Origin: a virus
Lineage: Duplodnaviria; Heunggongvirae; Uroviricota; Caudoviricetes
Virus record (IMG/VR): IMGVR_UViG_2531839662_000040
Span: 1 to 45,525 of that record
Direction: 5' to 3' (one strand)
DNA: 45,525 bases
Shown here in pieces: positions 28,180 to 37,634 of this stretch (positions within the stretch are counted from its first letter, which is position 1; every line of letters starts with the position of its first letter). The position numbers and the translations under genes are program-made. Below the pieces are notes generated by a model, which worked only from the letters and a program-made list of their open reading frames with translations, was not told the DNA's origin and searched no databases.

Positions 28180-29374
28180 CGACGACAAAATCAGTCTGGT
28201 CATTGCCGGAAGGTCGCATTCTGACTGGAGCAGTTACCGTATTGACAGTGATTTCCTGAAAGCTGCCGACGGCTGGCAGCTTCAGTTGGGACTGCCTGAA
28301 AAGGTGTTCCCGGCGGATATCGTCCGGGGTGCGCCAGTCCGGTTGCAGGTGGGAGACGAAACGGTGCTCAGTGGTCGCGTGGACAGCGTGCGCCGCAGTG
28401 TATCCCGTCAGAGCTGCACGCTGACGCTGTCCGGGCGTGATGATGCCGCCATTCTGGTGGACTGTGCCGCGCCGGTGTTCAGCGCCAACCAGCTGACACT
28501 GGACGAGGTCATCGACAGGATAGTCAGACCGCTGGGGATACAGCGCATTCGTATTCAGGCGTCCGGTGTGTCACGTAATGACAAGGTCGTTATAGAGCCG
28601 GGGATGCGTGCGTGGGATGCACTGGCTAAAGCTGCCGCCGGTCGCGGCTTATGGCCGTGGTTTGAGCCTGACGGGACGCTGGTTGTGGGTGGCCCTGACT
28701 ACACCACCACGCCGGTGGATACGCTGATTCTGAAGCTGGACGGCACCGGGAACAACGTGATGGAGCTGGATGATACCCGGTCCATTAACGGCTGCTTCTC
28801 CGAACTTACAGTGCTGGCACAGAGCCACGCCCGCCGCGCAGACAGCAAAAAGCAGCTGGCCACAGTGCCACTGGATATCTGGAACGAGGACGGCAGCGTG
28901 CGCACATTATCCGGGCGGGACGGCGGTAATACGGACAATGGCCAGACAGGCATTCATAACATGAAAGCTGTGGCCACCGACCCCACCGTGGATTATTACC
29001 GCCCGCAGATTATCACTCAGGGTGACACCAGCAACCTGGAGCAGGTGAACTGGCGCGCCAAAAAAATGATGAGTGATGCCCGTCTGTCGGGGCTGGATAT
29101 CGTCGCACTGGTTGCAGGTCATCGCACGGCGGACGGTGTCCTGTGGCAGCCCGGCCAGCGTGTGCGGATTGTCAGCGAACCCCACGGCATCGACGCCATC
29201 TTTTTCCTGATGGGGCGTGAGTTCAGCGGAGGCCGTAACGGGAAGACAACCCGGCTCCGATTTAAGGAGGACGGCGTGTGGATACCTGACGCCTTCCCGC
29301 GCGAGAAGAAACGCCATCACCGCAGGGGCAAAAAGAAAAAAGAGGTCGCCATTGTTAAGGTCTGGGAGAAATGA
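28163..29374 (+). CDS. Mu P-like tail protein (P2 gpD-like fold)
   Basis: 403 aa; synteny N then P. Confidence 0.7.
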   Translation: MPTQNNDDKISLVIAGRSHSDWSSYRIDSDFLKAADGWQLQLGLPEKVFPADIVRGAPVRLQVGDETVLSGRVDSVRRSVSRQSCTLTLSGRDDAAILVDCAAPVFSANQLTLDEVIDRIVRPLGIQRIRIQASGVSRNDKVVIEPGMRAWDALAKAAAGRGLWPWFEPDGTLVVGGPDYTTTPVDTLILKLDGTGNNVMELDDTRSINGCFSELTVLAQSHARRADSKKQLATVPLDIWNEDGSVRTLSGRDGGNTDNGQTGIHNMKAVATDPTVDYYRPQIITQGDTSNLEQVNWRAKKMMSDARLSGLDIVALVAGHRTADGVLWQPGQRVRIVSEPHGIDAIFFLMGREFSGGRNGKTTRLRFKEDGVWIPDAFPREKKRHHRRGKKKKEVAIVKVWEK

Positions 29375-30024
29375 TGTGGGACAAAGTTAATCAGCGCGTA
29401 CAGCAGGCACTGGCCGCCGTTCGCCAGGCATTCAGGGTGGTGACCGGTACGGTGGACAGTTCGACCAAAGTACAGTTGCTTCAGCTGAACGGGCTGGCAG
29501 GCGAACAGCTGGATGGTGCGGAGTATTTCCAGCATTACGGCCTCACCACATCTCCGCCACCCGGCTCGATGGGTATTGCCGTTCCGCTGAACGGCAATAC
29601 CTCCCATACCGTCGTCGTGGCCACAGAGCACGGCGCATATCGCCTGACGGAACTGAAACCCGGCGAGGTGGCCCTGTATACCGATGAAGGCGCGAAAATC
29701 GTACTGAAACGCGGGCGGGTTGTTGAAACGGACTGTGACGTTTACCGGGTGAAATGCAAACGCTATGAGGTTGAGGCAGAGGAAAGTGCCGCATTCACGA
29801 CACCGTTACTGACGGCCAGCGATAAGCTGACGGTGGAAGGTAAAATCACCGGCAACGGTGGCATGGCCATCAGTGGGGGCAAGAAATACGCCGCCACCTT
29901 TGAAGGCAACATCAACCATGTGGGTGGTGTGATTACCTCCGTTGACGTCACCGTTAATGGCGTTAAAATCGGAACGCATAAACACGATACCCCTCACGGC
30001 ATATCTGGTCTGCCGCATAATTAA
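29371..30024 (+). CDS. baseplate spike protein (Mu gp45 / P2 gpV-like)
   Basis: 217 aa; C-terminal His-rich apex GTHKHDTPHGISGLPHN. Confidence 0.65.
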   Translation: MMWDKVNQRVQQALAAVRQAFRVVTGTVDSSTKVQLLQLNGLAGEQLDGAEYFQHYGLTTSPPPGSMGIAVPLNGNTSHTVVVATEHGAYRLTELKPGEVALYTDEGAKIVLKRGRVVETDCDVYRVKCKRYEVEAEESAAFTTPLLTASDKLTVEGKITGNGGMAISGGKKYAATFEGNINHVGGVITSVDVTVNGVKIGTHKHDTPHGISGLPHN

Positions 30025-30044
30025 GTGCTGAACCCCCTCACCTG
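30025..30044 (+). promoter_or_regulatory. conserved late-operon motif, copy 3 (GTGCTGAACCCCCTCACCTG)
   Basis: shares GTGCTGAAC core with copies at 10660 and 18083; lies between spike and gp46-like genes. Confidence 0.35.
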
Positions 30045-30077
30045 ATTCTGACCTGTCCATGCTGCCAGACTGGCGGC

Positions 30078-30428
30078 ATGGACCAGACGATTTCACCTGC
30101 AACCGGCGACTACGAACGCCGCCGGATTTATACACTCCATAACGCGGTTTATCTGCGACTGGCGACACCGCTTGGCAGTTACTGGGCGGATGCGTCGCTG
30201 GGGTCACGCCTGCACGAACTGAAGCGGGAAAAAGACGTTTCCCGTGTTCACAGGCTGGCGGCGCAGTATGCCAGCCAGGCACTTCAGCCCCTGCTTGATG
30301 ACGGGCGGGCAAAATCCATTACCGTTGACACGAAAGCGGGCCAGCGCGGCTGGTTGTTGCTGTTAATCACTGTCACGGATAACGCGGGCACACCGCAGAC
30401 GTTTGAACACCCTGTGAGGATTATGTAA
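30078..30428 (+). CDS. baseplate protein (Mu gp46 / P2 gpW-like)
   Basis: 116 aa by synteny. Confidence 0.55.
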   Translation: MDQTISPATGDYERRRIYTLHNAVYLRLATPLGSYWADASLGSRLHELKREKDVSRVHRLAAQYASQALQPLLDDGRAKSITVDTKAGQRGWLLLLITVTDNAGTPQTFEHPVRIM

Positions 30429-31507
30429 TGCCGTTTCCTGTTCCGGGCGTTGCTGAAAACACAGAACGCCAGCTACGTGATATCGCTAACGCCCTGCCGG
30501 GAGAAACCATCGACACCGGCGCTGACAGCGATTACCGCATTCGTGCAAATGCCGTATCCGGCGTGGCGGACGGGCTTTATATGCATCAGGGATGGATCCT
30601 CCGTCAGGTGTTTCCTGACACGGCAGACCCTGAATATCTGGAGCTGCACTGCCGTACGCGCAATGTTTTTCGTAAAAAAGCAACGGCCTCATCCGGTCCG
30701 GTAGTGATTACCGGCACACCCGGTAAGACGCTGCCAGCCGGTGCGGAAATTCGTGGTGAAGGTGTCAGCGTGACCACCACAGCAGACTGCACCGTCGGCG
30801 ATGAAGGCAGTGCAGAGGTGACGGTAAAAAGCTCCGCCACGGGTGCACAGACGAACGCATCCGCAACGCAGACGGCAACGCTGGTCAGCCCGCCGGAAGG
30901 CATCAACAGCACGGTGACGATTAAATCCCTGACCGGCGGAACGGACAGGGAAAGCGACGCCGACCTGCTGGCGCGTTATCTGGATATTCTGCGCAGGCCG
31001 CCCGCTGGCGGTAACAAATATGATTACAAACGCTGGGCGCTGGAAGTGGATGGCGTTACGTCTGCGTATGTGGAGCCGTTGCGTCGTGGACTGGGGACGG
31101 TTGATGTGGCCATTACGTCAGCCAATGACCTCCCTTCGCAGGAACTGATTAATGCCGTGCTGGCACATATTGAGGAAGTCCGCCCGGTCACAGCGAAAGA
31201 CACGATGGTACTGGCCCCGACGAAAAAAGCCGTTGATTTCGTTGTCCGGGTAAAAACCAGCGGCCTGACCGTTGAGCAGATAAAACCGCAGATAACTGAC
31301 GTTATCACGGATTTTATGAACCGGCTGGAGCCGGGGCAGGAATTAATTATTTCACAACTGGAAACCCAGATTTCATTAATTTCCGGTGTCAGTGACCGGC
31401 GAATCATTACGCCAGCAGACAATGTAAAAGCCATTATTAACGCGTCAACGTGGGAATGGCTGCGTCCGGGAAATATTGATATTCAGTCCTTTCCGCGTGA
31501 GGGGTGA
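30428..31507 (+). CDS. baseplate J-like protein (Mu gp47)
   Basis: 359 aa by synteny and size. Confidence 0.7.
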   Translation: MPFPVPGVAENTERQLRDIANALPGETIDTGADSDYRIRANAVSGVADGLYMHQGWILRQVFPDTADPEYLELHCRTRNVFRKKATASSGPVVITGTPGKTLPAGAEIRGEGVSVTTTADCTVGDEGSAEVTVKSSATGAQTNASATQTATLVSPPEGINSTVTIKSLTGGTDRESDADLLARYLDILRRPPAGGNKYDYKRWALEVDGVTSAYVEPLRRGLGTVDVAITSANDLPSQELINAVLAHIEEVRPVTAKDTMVLAPTKKAVDFVVRVKTSGLTVEQIKPQITDVITDFMNRLEPGQELIISQLETQISLISGVSDRRIITPADNVKAIINASTWEWLRPGNIDIQSFPREG

Positions 31508-31510
31508 TTC

Positions 31511-32083
31511 ATGAATATGGTCGATTTATTTCGCGCCATGCTGCCGCCTGTCAGTTATGACCAGAACGGAAAATATATTTCCGCAGAACTGATGGCCGAG
31601 GCTAACGTCATGGAGGCCGTGAAGGCATCAGCGGCGAGTGTTCTGGCACAAATCACCCCATTGCAGGCATCGATGACGCTGTCTGACTGGGAGCGCGTGT
31701 ACGGTGTTGTCCCCCGTGAAGGTGCCACGCAACAGGAGAGGCGGCAGAACATCCAGGTCAGGATGGCTGCCACTGGCGGGCTGTCAATTCCTTACTTTAA
31801 GAGTCTTGCCGCCAGCCTGGGCTACACCATCACCATTACGGAGCCGCGAGCGTTCCGGGTGGGGATAAATCGCTGCGGTGACCGTCTGCTGATACCGGAA
31901 ATCCGCTGGGTGTGGCAGGTCAATGTTATCGGGACAAAAACGCCGGTCTACCGTTTCAGAACGGGGGCATCGGCAACCGGCGAACCGCTGACGGCCTTTG
32001 GTGAATCCATTTTAGAAAACACGTTTAAAGACCTTAAACCGGCTTTTACAGACTGTTATTTCACATATGAGGTGGAGGAATAA
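31511..32083 (+). CDS. baseplate/tail protein (Mu gp48 / P2 gpI-like)
   Basis: 190 aa by synteny. Confidence 0.6.
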   Translation: MNMVDLFRAMLPPVSYDQNGKYISAELMAEANVMEAVKASAASVLAQITPLQASMTLSDWERVYGVVPREGATQQERRQNIQVRMAATGGLSIPYFKSLAASLGYTITITEPRAFRVGINRCGDRLLIPEIRWVWQVNVIGTKTPVYRFRTGASATGEPLTAFGESILENTFKDLKPAFTDCYFTYEVEE

Positions 32084-33066
32084 TGCAGAATTTAATGCCT
32101 CCGGTGAATACGCCGGATAAGCTATTTCATGATGGTGACCCCACTCAGGGAATTGAGGGAACCATCGTTTACGCCGAATATATGAATAATCATCAGGCGG
32201 CAACGCGCGATTTGCAGCAGGAGGTGATTAACGTCCTTAAAGAGGCTGGCGTAACCCCGGATCCGAAAAAACAGAATCAACTGGTTGAGGCGCTGGCCTT
32301 ATATGTCGGGAAAAAAGTTCCTGACGCATCATTAACGAAGAAGGGTATCGTTCAGCTCAGTAGTGCAACAGACAGTGATTCAGAAGAACTGGCTGCCACC
32401 CCAAAGGCAATAAAGGCGTTAGCAAAAAAAATTGCTGATTTACAGGGTACGGCTTTACCGGTCGGGACACCAATCCCGTGGCCATCTGATTCTGTGCCAT
32501 CCGGTTATGCCTTAATGCAGGGGCAAAGTTTTGATAAAGGCTCTTACCCTAAACTTGCGGTTGCCTATCCGTCCGGGGTTATTCCTGATATGCGCGGCTG
32601 GACTATCAAGGGTAAGCCTGCCAGTGGTCGTGCCGTATTGTCTCAGGAACAGGATGGCATCAAGTCGCATACCCACAGTGCCAGTGCGTCAAATACCGAT
32701 TTAGGAACGAAAACGACAAGTTCATTTGACTACGGCACCAAGACAGTCAGCACGTTTAACCACGGCACAAAATCAACAAATAACACAGGAAATCATACGC
32801 ACAGTGTCGGTGGTGTTTATGGCGGCGACTCTATCGGCGGAAAACAACGTGTGCAGGCGTCAGGGAGCAATCAGATTTCCAGTACTGCCGGAGCACATGC
32901 TCATACTGTCGATATTGGTCAGCATAACCACACCGTAGGTATTGGTGCCCATGCACACACTGTGGCATTGGGTGCGCACGGGCACACCATCACGGTAAAT
33001 CCAACAGGCAATACCGAAAACACCGTCAAAAACATTGCATATAACTATATTGTGAGGCTGGCATAA
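32083..33066 (+). CDS. tail fibre protein (Mu S / P2 H-like) with His-rich HxH repeats at C-terminus
   Basis: N-terminal [25 protein letters not shown] and collar-like [11 protein letters not shown]...PDMRG; C-terminal HTHS, GNHTHS, GAHAHTV, QHNHTV, GAHAHTV, GAHGHTI repeats. Confidence 0.7.
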   Translation: MQNLMPPVNTPDKLFHDGDPTQGIEGTIVYAEYMNNHQAATRDLQQEVINVLKEAGVTPDPKKQNQLVEALALYVGKKVPDASLTKKGIVQLSSATDSDSEELAATPKAIKALAKKIADLQGTALPVGTPIPWPSDSVPSGYALMQGQSFDKGSYPKLAVAYPSGVIPDMRGWTIKGKPASGRAVLSQEQDGIKSHTHSASASNTDLGTKTTSSFDYGTKTVSTFNHGTKSTNNTGNHTHSVGGVYGGDSIGGKQRVQASGSNQISSTAGAHAHTVDIGQHNHTVGIGAHAHTVALGAHGHTITVNPTGNTENTVKNIAYNYIVRLA

Positions 33067-33641
33067 TGACTTTCAAAATGAGTGCAGAAGCACAAACCAT
33101 TCGTGTATTTAATTATCTCGATGGCACAAATGAATTTATTGGCGAAAGCGACGCATATATTCCACCTCATACAGGTCTGCCAGCTAATTCAACAGATATT
33201 GCGCCTCCTGATATTCCGGCGGGTTTTGCTGCCGTGTTTAATGCTGATGAAATGAAATGGCATCTGATGGAAGACCACCGAGGGAAAACGGTTTATTCAA
33301 CAGAAACCGGAGTAGCTGTAACAGTGTCTGAACTGGGAAGCCTTCCTGAAAATGTGACTTCTGTTTCTCCTGATGGCGAATACCAACGCTGGAATGGCAG
33401 TCAGTGGGTGACAGATGAAGAAGCCAGGCGTAATGCGCTGATAAATCAGGCGGCAGAGAAGAAAGCGGGTCTGCTTAAACAGATGGGAGAGCAAATCGCC
33501 GTTTTACAGGATGCCGTTGATTTTGGTGAAGCGACGCCAGAAGAACAGGAACAGCTGACAGCCCTCAGGAAATTACGAATAAAGTTAAATCGCATTCAAC
33601 CGGAAAACGCGCCAGATATTGACTGGTCAGACTTTGAATAA
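33066..33641 (+). CDS. tail fibre assembly protein (lambda Tfa / Mu U-like)
   Basis: N-terminus [33 protein letters not shown] closely matches recalled lambda Tfa. Confidence 0.8.
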   Translation: MTFKMSAEAQTIRVFNYLDGTNEFIGESDAYIPPHTGLPANSTDIAPPDIPAGFAAVFNADEMKWHLMEDHRGKTVYSTETGVAVTVSELGSLPENVTSVSPDGEYQRWNGSQWVTDEEARRNALINQAAEKKAGLLKQMGEQIAVLQDAVDFGEATPEEQEQLTALRKLRIKLNRIQPENAPDIDWSDFE

Positions 33642-33649
33642 ATCAGACA

Positions 33650-33670
33650 GCCGCCCGCAGGCGGCTTTTT
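33650..33670 (+). terminator. rho-independent terminator
   Basis: GCCGCC-CGCA-GGCGGC followed by TTTTT. Confidence 0.6.
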
Positions 33671-33686
33671 ATCATTCAGAGGTTTT

Positions 33687-35303
33687 ATGTCTGTATTAAT
33701 CTCAGGCGCGCTTATTAATGGCGCTGGCGTTCCGATGGCGGAATGCAAAATTTATTTAGATGCACTGGTTAATACCAGTGAGGTGGTCACTGAATCATTC
33801 GCGGTTATTGAAACCGATGCGGCGGGACAGTATGCCTTTGAAGCGCAAAAAGGCAAATACACCGTACACATCAAGCAAAAGAACGGCCCCAAGTGCTGCG
33901 TGGGTGATATCGCTGTATACGATGACTCAAAGCCCGGCACACTGAATGATTTTCTGACCGCCCCCAATGAAGGCGACCTCAAACCCGACGTGGTGAAACG
34001 CTTTGAGGAAATGGTGGCGCAGGCGCAGCAGAGCGCGGAAGCGGCAGCGGAAAGCGAACGACAGGCCGGGCAACACGCAGCTGATGCGCAGAAGATTAAG
34101 GGTGATTGCCAGACGCTGGCAGATAATGTTCAGCAGAATACAAATGCTGTGGAGGAAAACACGCAGCGCGTTGAACAGCTGGCCTCAGAAGTTGAGCTGA
34201 ACGCCGGGCAGGTGCAGCAGGGCGTGCAGAATGTTACTGATGCGGTAAAAAAGGCGCAGCAGGCAGCAAAGAATTCTGCTGACAGTGCCACTGACTCAAA
34301 AAACAGTGCTGACAACGCCGCCCTGAGCGAACAGAACGCACAAAAACACGCGCAGAAAGCTGAACAACATGAGCAGCAGACTAAACAATATGCGCAGGAT
34401 GCAGCGACCGCCGCAGAATCAGCAGAGAACGCCAAAGGCGAAATTGACGAAATTCTGGATGGCGGCTATCTCAAGATAAAAAACAACTTTCAGGAAATTG
34501 TTGATGCTGGCCCCTCAGCACTGGCTCAGGCCCAATGGAATTTACAGATTTCCGGGGTGAAAAATAAACAGGTAATTGCCACCCCTTATACATGGCCATC
34601 CAGAACTGAGTATGAACAAAGGGTGCATCTGCCACTCGCCGGGGCTTACGGATTTGGCTACACGTTTGAAGACAAAAGCCAGGGACGTATAAACCTTAGC
34701 GAAAGTTACACCGGCTCCTGGTGGTCACAGTGGGTAAAGCCGGGGCGTTATTACGTTACAACCAGTGATAAACAATATCTGACACCAGACGGGTACACGT
34801 ACGGGGTTGTTGATGTGCTGTGGCTTAACGGTAACGCATATAATGACGCTTCGCAGGTTCTTAAAATACTGGCTTTTTACGATGGTGACGGATGCCTGCA
34901 TATCGGCAAGCGCGTTGGTCAGAGCAACTGGTCAATAAGCTGGCGCAAGCTGACATCGCTCCCTGATGTCAGGGCCATGCTGTATTCATATATTTATAAT
35001 AATTACAACAGAGAATGGCGTGACCCGGAGCTGGGAGGTTTAATTCTGGCGTCATACCAGGGAACCGCAGACGGCGACACAAATATAAAAGTATCCCGTG
35101 GTCAGACTTATCCCGGCTCACGACTTGCACCTGTGGCGATAGAATGCCAGTTCACTCCATCCGGTACGTATGCCGCAACACCGCGATTCCATATTACCGG
35201 CTGCAAGAGCAAATCACTCCCCGGAACTTATATTTCACTGTCTGGAGCACCCACAACATACAGCGACCAGGCTTTTGTGGCGCTATTCATGAGGATTGCA
35301 TGA
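33687..35303 (+). CDS. side tail fibre protein (lambdoid Stf-like N-terminus)
   Basis: 538 aa; MSVLISGALINGAG N-terminus of lambdoid Stf type; Ala/Gln-rich coiled middle; distinct C-terminal domain. Confidence 0.65.
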   Translation: MSVLISGALINGAGVPMAECKIYLDALVNTSEVVTESFAVIETDAAGQYAFEAQKGKYTVHIKQKNGPKCCVGDIAVYDDSKPGTLNDFLTAPNEGDLKPDVVKRFEEMVAQAQQSAEAAAESERQAGQHAADAQKIKGDCQTLADNVQQNTNAVEENTQRVEQLASEVELNAGQVQQGVQNVTDAVKKAQQAAKNSADSATDSKNSADNAALSEQNAQKHAQKAEQHEQQTKQYAQDAATAAESAENAKGEIDEILDGGYLKIKNNFQEIVDAGPSALAQAQWNLQISGVKNKQVIATPYTWPSRTEYEQRVHLPLAGAYGFGYTFEDKSQGRINLSESYTGSWWSQWVKPGRYYVTTSDKQYLTPDGYTYGVVDVLWLNGNAYNDASQVLKILAFYDGDGCLHIGKRVGQSNWSISWRKLTSLPDVRAMLYSYIYNNYNREWRDPELGGLILASYQGTADGDTNIKVSRGQTYPGSRLAPVAIECQFTPSGTYAATPRFHITGCKSKSLPGTYISLSGAPTTYSDQAFVALFMRIA

Positions 35304-35872
35304 TGCAGATAAAAGAAATTACCAGCCCCCACTACACCGAATCCGGTGCGATTGACTGCGAAGTTTTATTTGAAGGGATGGATGAAGCCGTTCCGTACAC
35401 AGCCACACCAGAAGACACAGCAACAACAGGCCAGCAAATTTGGCAGGAACTGCAAAGCGGCAAATGGGGCGAGATTGCCCCGTTCACCGCATCACCTGAA
35501 CTTATCGCAGCAGCAAAGGACGCCAAAAAACGGGAAATTGAGGCATGGCGCACAGAACAGGAAGCGCAGCCATTCACGTTCGAATGGAACGGCCGCACAT
35601 GGAACGCTGGCCCCGACTCAATGGCCCGTCTTTATCCTGTGGTAATGGCTGCAAAATCTGATACGGCACGAACTGCCCTTGCGTGGGGTGACGCCGATAA
35701 TCAACAGGTGAAACTGTCGATGCCGGAACTGGAAGAACTGGCAGCCGCGATGGCGCAGGCGCAGGTTGAGCGCAATGACGAGATTTATCAACGCCAGCGT
35801 GAGATGAAGGAGGAACTGAATAACCTGGATGATTTACGCTCAATCAGAGCGATGACGATTAGCAGCAGTTAG
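35300..35872 (+). CDS. tail fibre assembly protein (Tfa)
   Basis: ATGA overlap with fibre stop; 190 aa; highly similar to the Tfa at 44953..45525. Confidence 0.65.
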   Translation: MMQIKEITSPHYTESGAIDCEVLFEGMDEAVPYTATPEDTATTGQQIWQELQSGKWGEIAPFTASPELIAAAKDAKKREIEAWRTEQEAQPFTFEWNGRTWNAGPDSMARLYPVVMAAKSDTARTALAWGDADNQQVKLSMPELEELAAAMAQAQVERNDEIYQRQREMKEELNNLDDLRSIRAMTISSS

Positions 35873-35876
35873 CGGT

Positions 35877-35937
35877 CAATTCTGGACTTTTTGGGCGCAC
35901 CTGAACCGTCCAGAATTGCGCGTCAATCAGTCCAGAA
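35877..35937. repeat. inverted repeat CAATTCTGGAC / GTCCAGAATTG with third TCCAGAA copy
   Basis: 11-bp arms separated by 20 nt; third half-site about 12 nt further on; lies between a Tfa and an N-terminally short fibre ORF. Confidence 0.35.
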
Positions 35938-35955
35938 AAAAACGCGAAGTTACAG

Positions 35956-37032
35956 ATGATCAGCGACAGAGGTACGCTTATCGCGTACGGACGTTATCCC
36001 GACACCTTTTTACCAGACCAGACGGACTCCGTTATCAAGGAAGTTATTCTGACGCTGGTTCTTGGGTTGACGCACGCACAAAACGTGGTGCTGGAAGTTG
36101 ATCCGGACAGGGCCATTATTACTCAGGAAATCGGAGACAGACGCTATCTGCAACGAAAAAAGAATCTTTCGGATGTGGAAGACAAGGATGAGGCTGTTGA
36201 AAACCTCGGATTAAAACCCACGGTGGACAAGGCAAAAAATGCCGTTCAGCGTGATGGTGACACCATGACCGGGGAACTGAAAATCCGTGGTGTTAATGCG
36301 CTGAGGATTTTCAACGAGGCTTTTGGCCTGATTTTTCGTCGTTCAGAAGATTACCTGCACTTCATTCCCACGCAGGAAGACCATGGAGAAAATGGTGATA
36401 TTGGCCCACTGCGGCCCATTTCCATTAACCTGCGCCAGGGCGATGTGGTTATTGGTGACAGGATTGGCATCGGTAATGAGAACAATCTGGGTGAAAAATC
36501 ACTCACGCTCTGTGATAGCAATACCGGTTTTAAGTGGGGCGGACGCGGTGTTATTAATGTGTTTGCAGAGGGACACAACGTCTTTCGTTTTACAAAAAAC
36601 GGTGTGCTGGCATTAGAAAATCTCTCGACCGGCAATTTAAGAAAGTTCACGCTGTCGTGTGACAGTTCTTCCACGAAGAGTGCAAGATTTAATCTATGGG
36701 GAAATTCCTCAAGGCCTGTTGTTGCAGAGCTTGGTGATGATTCTGGCTGGCATTTTTACAGTCAGAGGAATACGGATAACAGCATAACGTTTGCCGTAAA
36801 CGGGCAGATGGTTCCATCAAACTACGGAAATTTTGATACCCGTTACCAGACCAGAACAGGTGGTGTGCAGGATGTGCGTCTGGGAGGTGCCATTGGTATT
36901 GGACGCGGAGGAAATGCGCCATCAGGTCATTTACTGAGTGGTGTTGATGGCGGTGAAAGTGTGGACTGGGCCAATGCACGCCCGGTGCAGGTTCTGATTA
37001 ATGGTGTCTGGCGAAATGTAGCGAGTTTGTAA
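35956..37032 (+). CDS. tail fibre C-terminal-type protein lacking Stf/H-like N-terminal domain
   Basis: 358 aa; GDTMTGEL fibre motif and Gly-rich C-terminus; weak RBS; frame open about 50 nt upstream without start codon. Confidence 0.5.
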   Translation: MISDRGTLIAYGRYPDTFLPDQTDSVIKEVILTLVLGLTHAQNVVLEVDPDRAIITQEIGDRRYLQRKKNLSDVEDKDEAVENLGLKPTVDKAKNAVQRDGDTMTGELKIRGVNALRIFNEAFGLIFRRSEDYLHFIPTQEDHGENGDIGPLRPISINLRQGDVVIGDRIGIGNENNLGEKSLTLCDSNTGFKWGGRGVINVFAEGHNVFRFTKNGVLALENLSTGNLRKFTLSCDSSSTKSARFNLWGNSSRPVVAELGDDSGWHFYSQRNTDNSITFAVNGQMVPSNYGNFDTRYQTRTGGVQDVRLGGAIGIGRGGNAPSGHLLSGVDGGESVDWANARPVQVLINGVWRNVASL

Positions 37033-37034
37033 TC

Positions 37035-37580
37035 ATGATGCACTTAAAAAATCTTACGGCACAAAACCCTAAAACAATTGAGCAATACCAGCTGGCACGA
37101 CAGCATAAATTTTTATTGTGGCTGTTCTCCGATGATGGTCAGGAATGGCACGAAGCCCAGGAAAAATTTCAGCCAGACACTCTGAAAGTTATTTATGTTG
37201 AAACTGGCGAAGTGGTCTGGGTCGGAAAAGACATCACCTCAATCTGCCCGGAAAATAAAAGTGTGATTGAGTTGCCGGATATTACCGCTAATCGTCGCAT
37301 TGAGGCGTCGGGATACTGGTTCTACCGCAATGATGAATTTGTTTTTGACTACAAACTTAAAGCGGAAGATGAGCGTGATGCACTGTTAAAACAGGTCAGC
37401 ATCATGACCAGCGAATGGGAAAAAGACCTGCTGCTGGGATTAATCAGTGACGAAGACAGGGAAAAGCTCAAAGCGTACCGCATTTACGCGAAATCGCTGC
37501 AGGCGATGGATTTCAGCGCTATTACGGATAAGACCACTTACAACAATATTAGCTGGCCTGAGCAGCCACAAAATACCTGA
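37035..37580 (+). CDS. tail fibre assembly protein (P2 G / TfaE-like)
   Basis: 181 aa; MMHLKNLTAQNPKT...VELPDITANRR resembles recalled TfaE-type chaperones. Confidence 0.7.
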   Translation: MMHLKNLTAQNPKTIEQYQLARQHKFLLWLFSDDGQEWHEAQEKFQPDTLKVIYVETGEVVWVGKDITSICPENKSVIELPDITANRRIEASGYWFYRNDEFVFDYKLKAEDERDALLKQVSIMTSEWEKDLLLGLISDEDREKLKAYRIYAKSLQAMDFSAITDKTTYNNISWPEQPQNT

Positions 37581-37599
37581 AAAAGAAGTTAATCATCTG

Positions 37600-37621
37600 A
37601 CCGCCTGAGGGCGGTTTTTTT
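37600..37621 (+). terminator. rho-independent terminator
   Basis: ACCGCC-TGAG-GGCGGT followed by seven T. Confidence 0.6.
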
Positions 37622-37634
37622 ATGGGAGAAATGT

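Noticed and set aside
32083-37580. Invertible G-segment-like host-range switch (S/U with inverted S'/U' and Gin invertase)
   Set aside because: All fibre and chaperone genes are on the same strand, no invertase gene is in the window, and no convincing gix/hix-like site was found; the arrangement looks like tandem cassettes, not an inversion module.
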